Assembly (NCBI GenBank): GCA_963663965.2
Contig: CAXXFK010000012.1
Span: 31,043 to 95,042 of the forward strand
DNA from: Sedimentisphaerales bacterium
Lineage (GTDB): Bacteria > Planctomycetota > Phycisphaerae > Sedimentisphaerales > SM23-30
Direction of reading: 5' to 3'
Length of the DNA stretch: 64,000 nt
Part shown: one piece after another, positions 63,883 to 64,000 of the stretch
Numbering within the stretch: the stretch's first letter is position 1
Layout of the letters: every line of letters begins with the position of its first letter
Position numbers and translations under genes: made by a program
Notes under the pieces: model-generated
Databases searched by the model: none
Seen by the model: only the letters and a program-made list of their open reading frames with translations
Told to the model about the DNA's origin: nothing

Positions 63883-63999
63883 TTATAGATTGAATTTTTG
63901 ATTGAATGCTTGGGTGTCCTGTGGTTCGTATCTGATCATATCTGCCACTAGAGTCAGACAGAGACCGGGACCGGTAATCCGAAAAAAGTACAGGCCTGT
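63883..63999 (-). CDS. C-terminal end of an upstream cluster gene (partial)
   Basis: Open frame TGLYFFR...NQKFNL* ending 15 bp before the radical SAM start. Confidence 0.45.
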   Translation of the reverse strand, partial: TGLYFFRITGPGLCLTLVADMIRYEPQDTQAFNQKFNL

Positions 64000-64000
64000 T

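Noticed and set aside
1..64000. tRNA or rRNA genes
   Set aside because: None recognised by eye; tRNAscan-SE and barrnap would be needed to exclude them

Overview
64 kb bacterial chromosomal segment. The dockerin-like, GLUG and FGE secreted proteins and a PEP-CTERM protein suggest a Planctomycetota (Phycisphaerae-like) anaerobe; this is inference. In order, the window holds: an ECF sigma cassette; an SGNH hydrolase; a 1671-aa GLUG/Kelch protein; carbohydrate enzymes; an operon of two AlkP-fold enzymes plus cysD-cysN; nadB; a degenerate sensor kinase; cysK; queG; and an HD-GYP/PilZ protein. An AT-rich island (~28.3-35.6 kb) carries two signal-peptide-bearing 'mini-RHS' proteins with LRR and WG-repeat partners. 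After it come an SPFH/RHH operon, an esterase-GH10 fusion and an MFS transporter. Two homologous non-coding regions (43.3-44.25 kb and 47.5-49.05 kb) each contain a conserved sigma70 promoter, a probable C-rich small RNA and arrays of ~330-370 bp palindrome-rich units. A minus-strand surface-polysaccharide cluster is interrupted by an intact IS4 with a 9-bp target duplication. Several single-base frameshifts may be sequencing errors. The best novelty candidates are the mini-RHS module and the duplicated sRNA plus structured repeat arrays. All calls come from reading the sequence; no searches were run.
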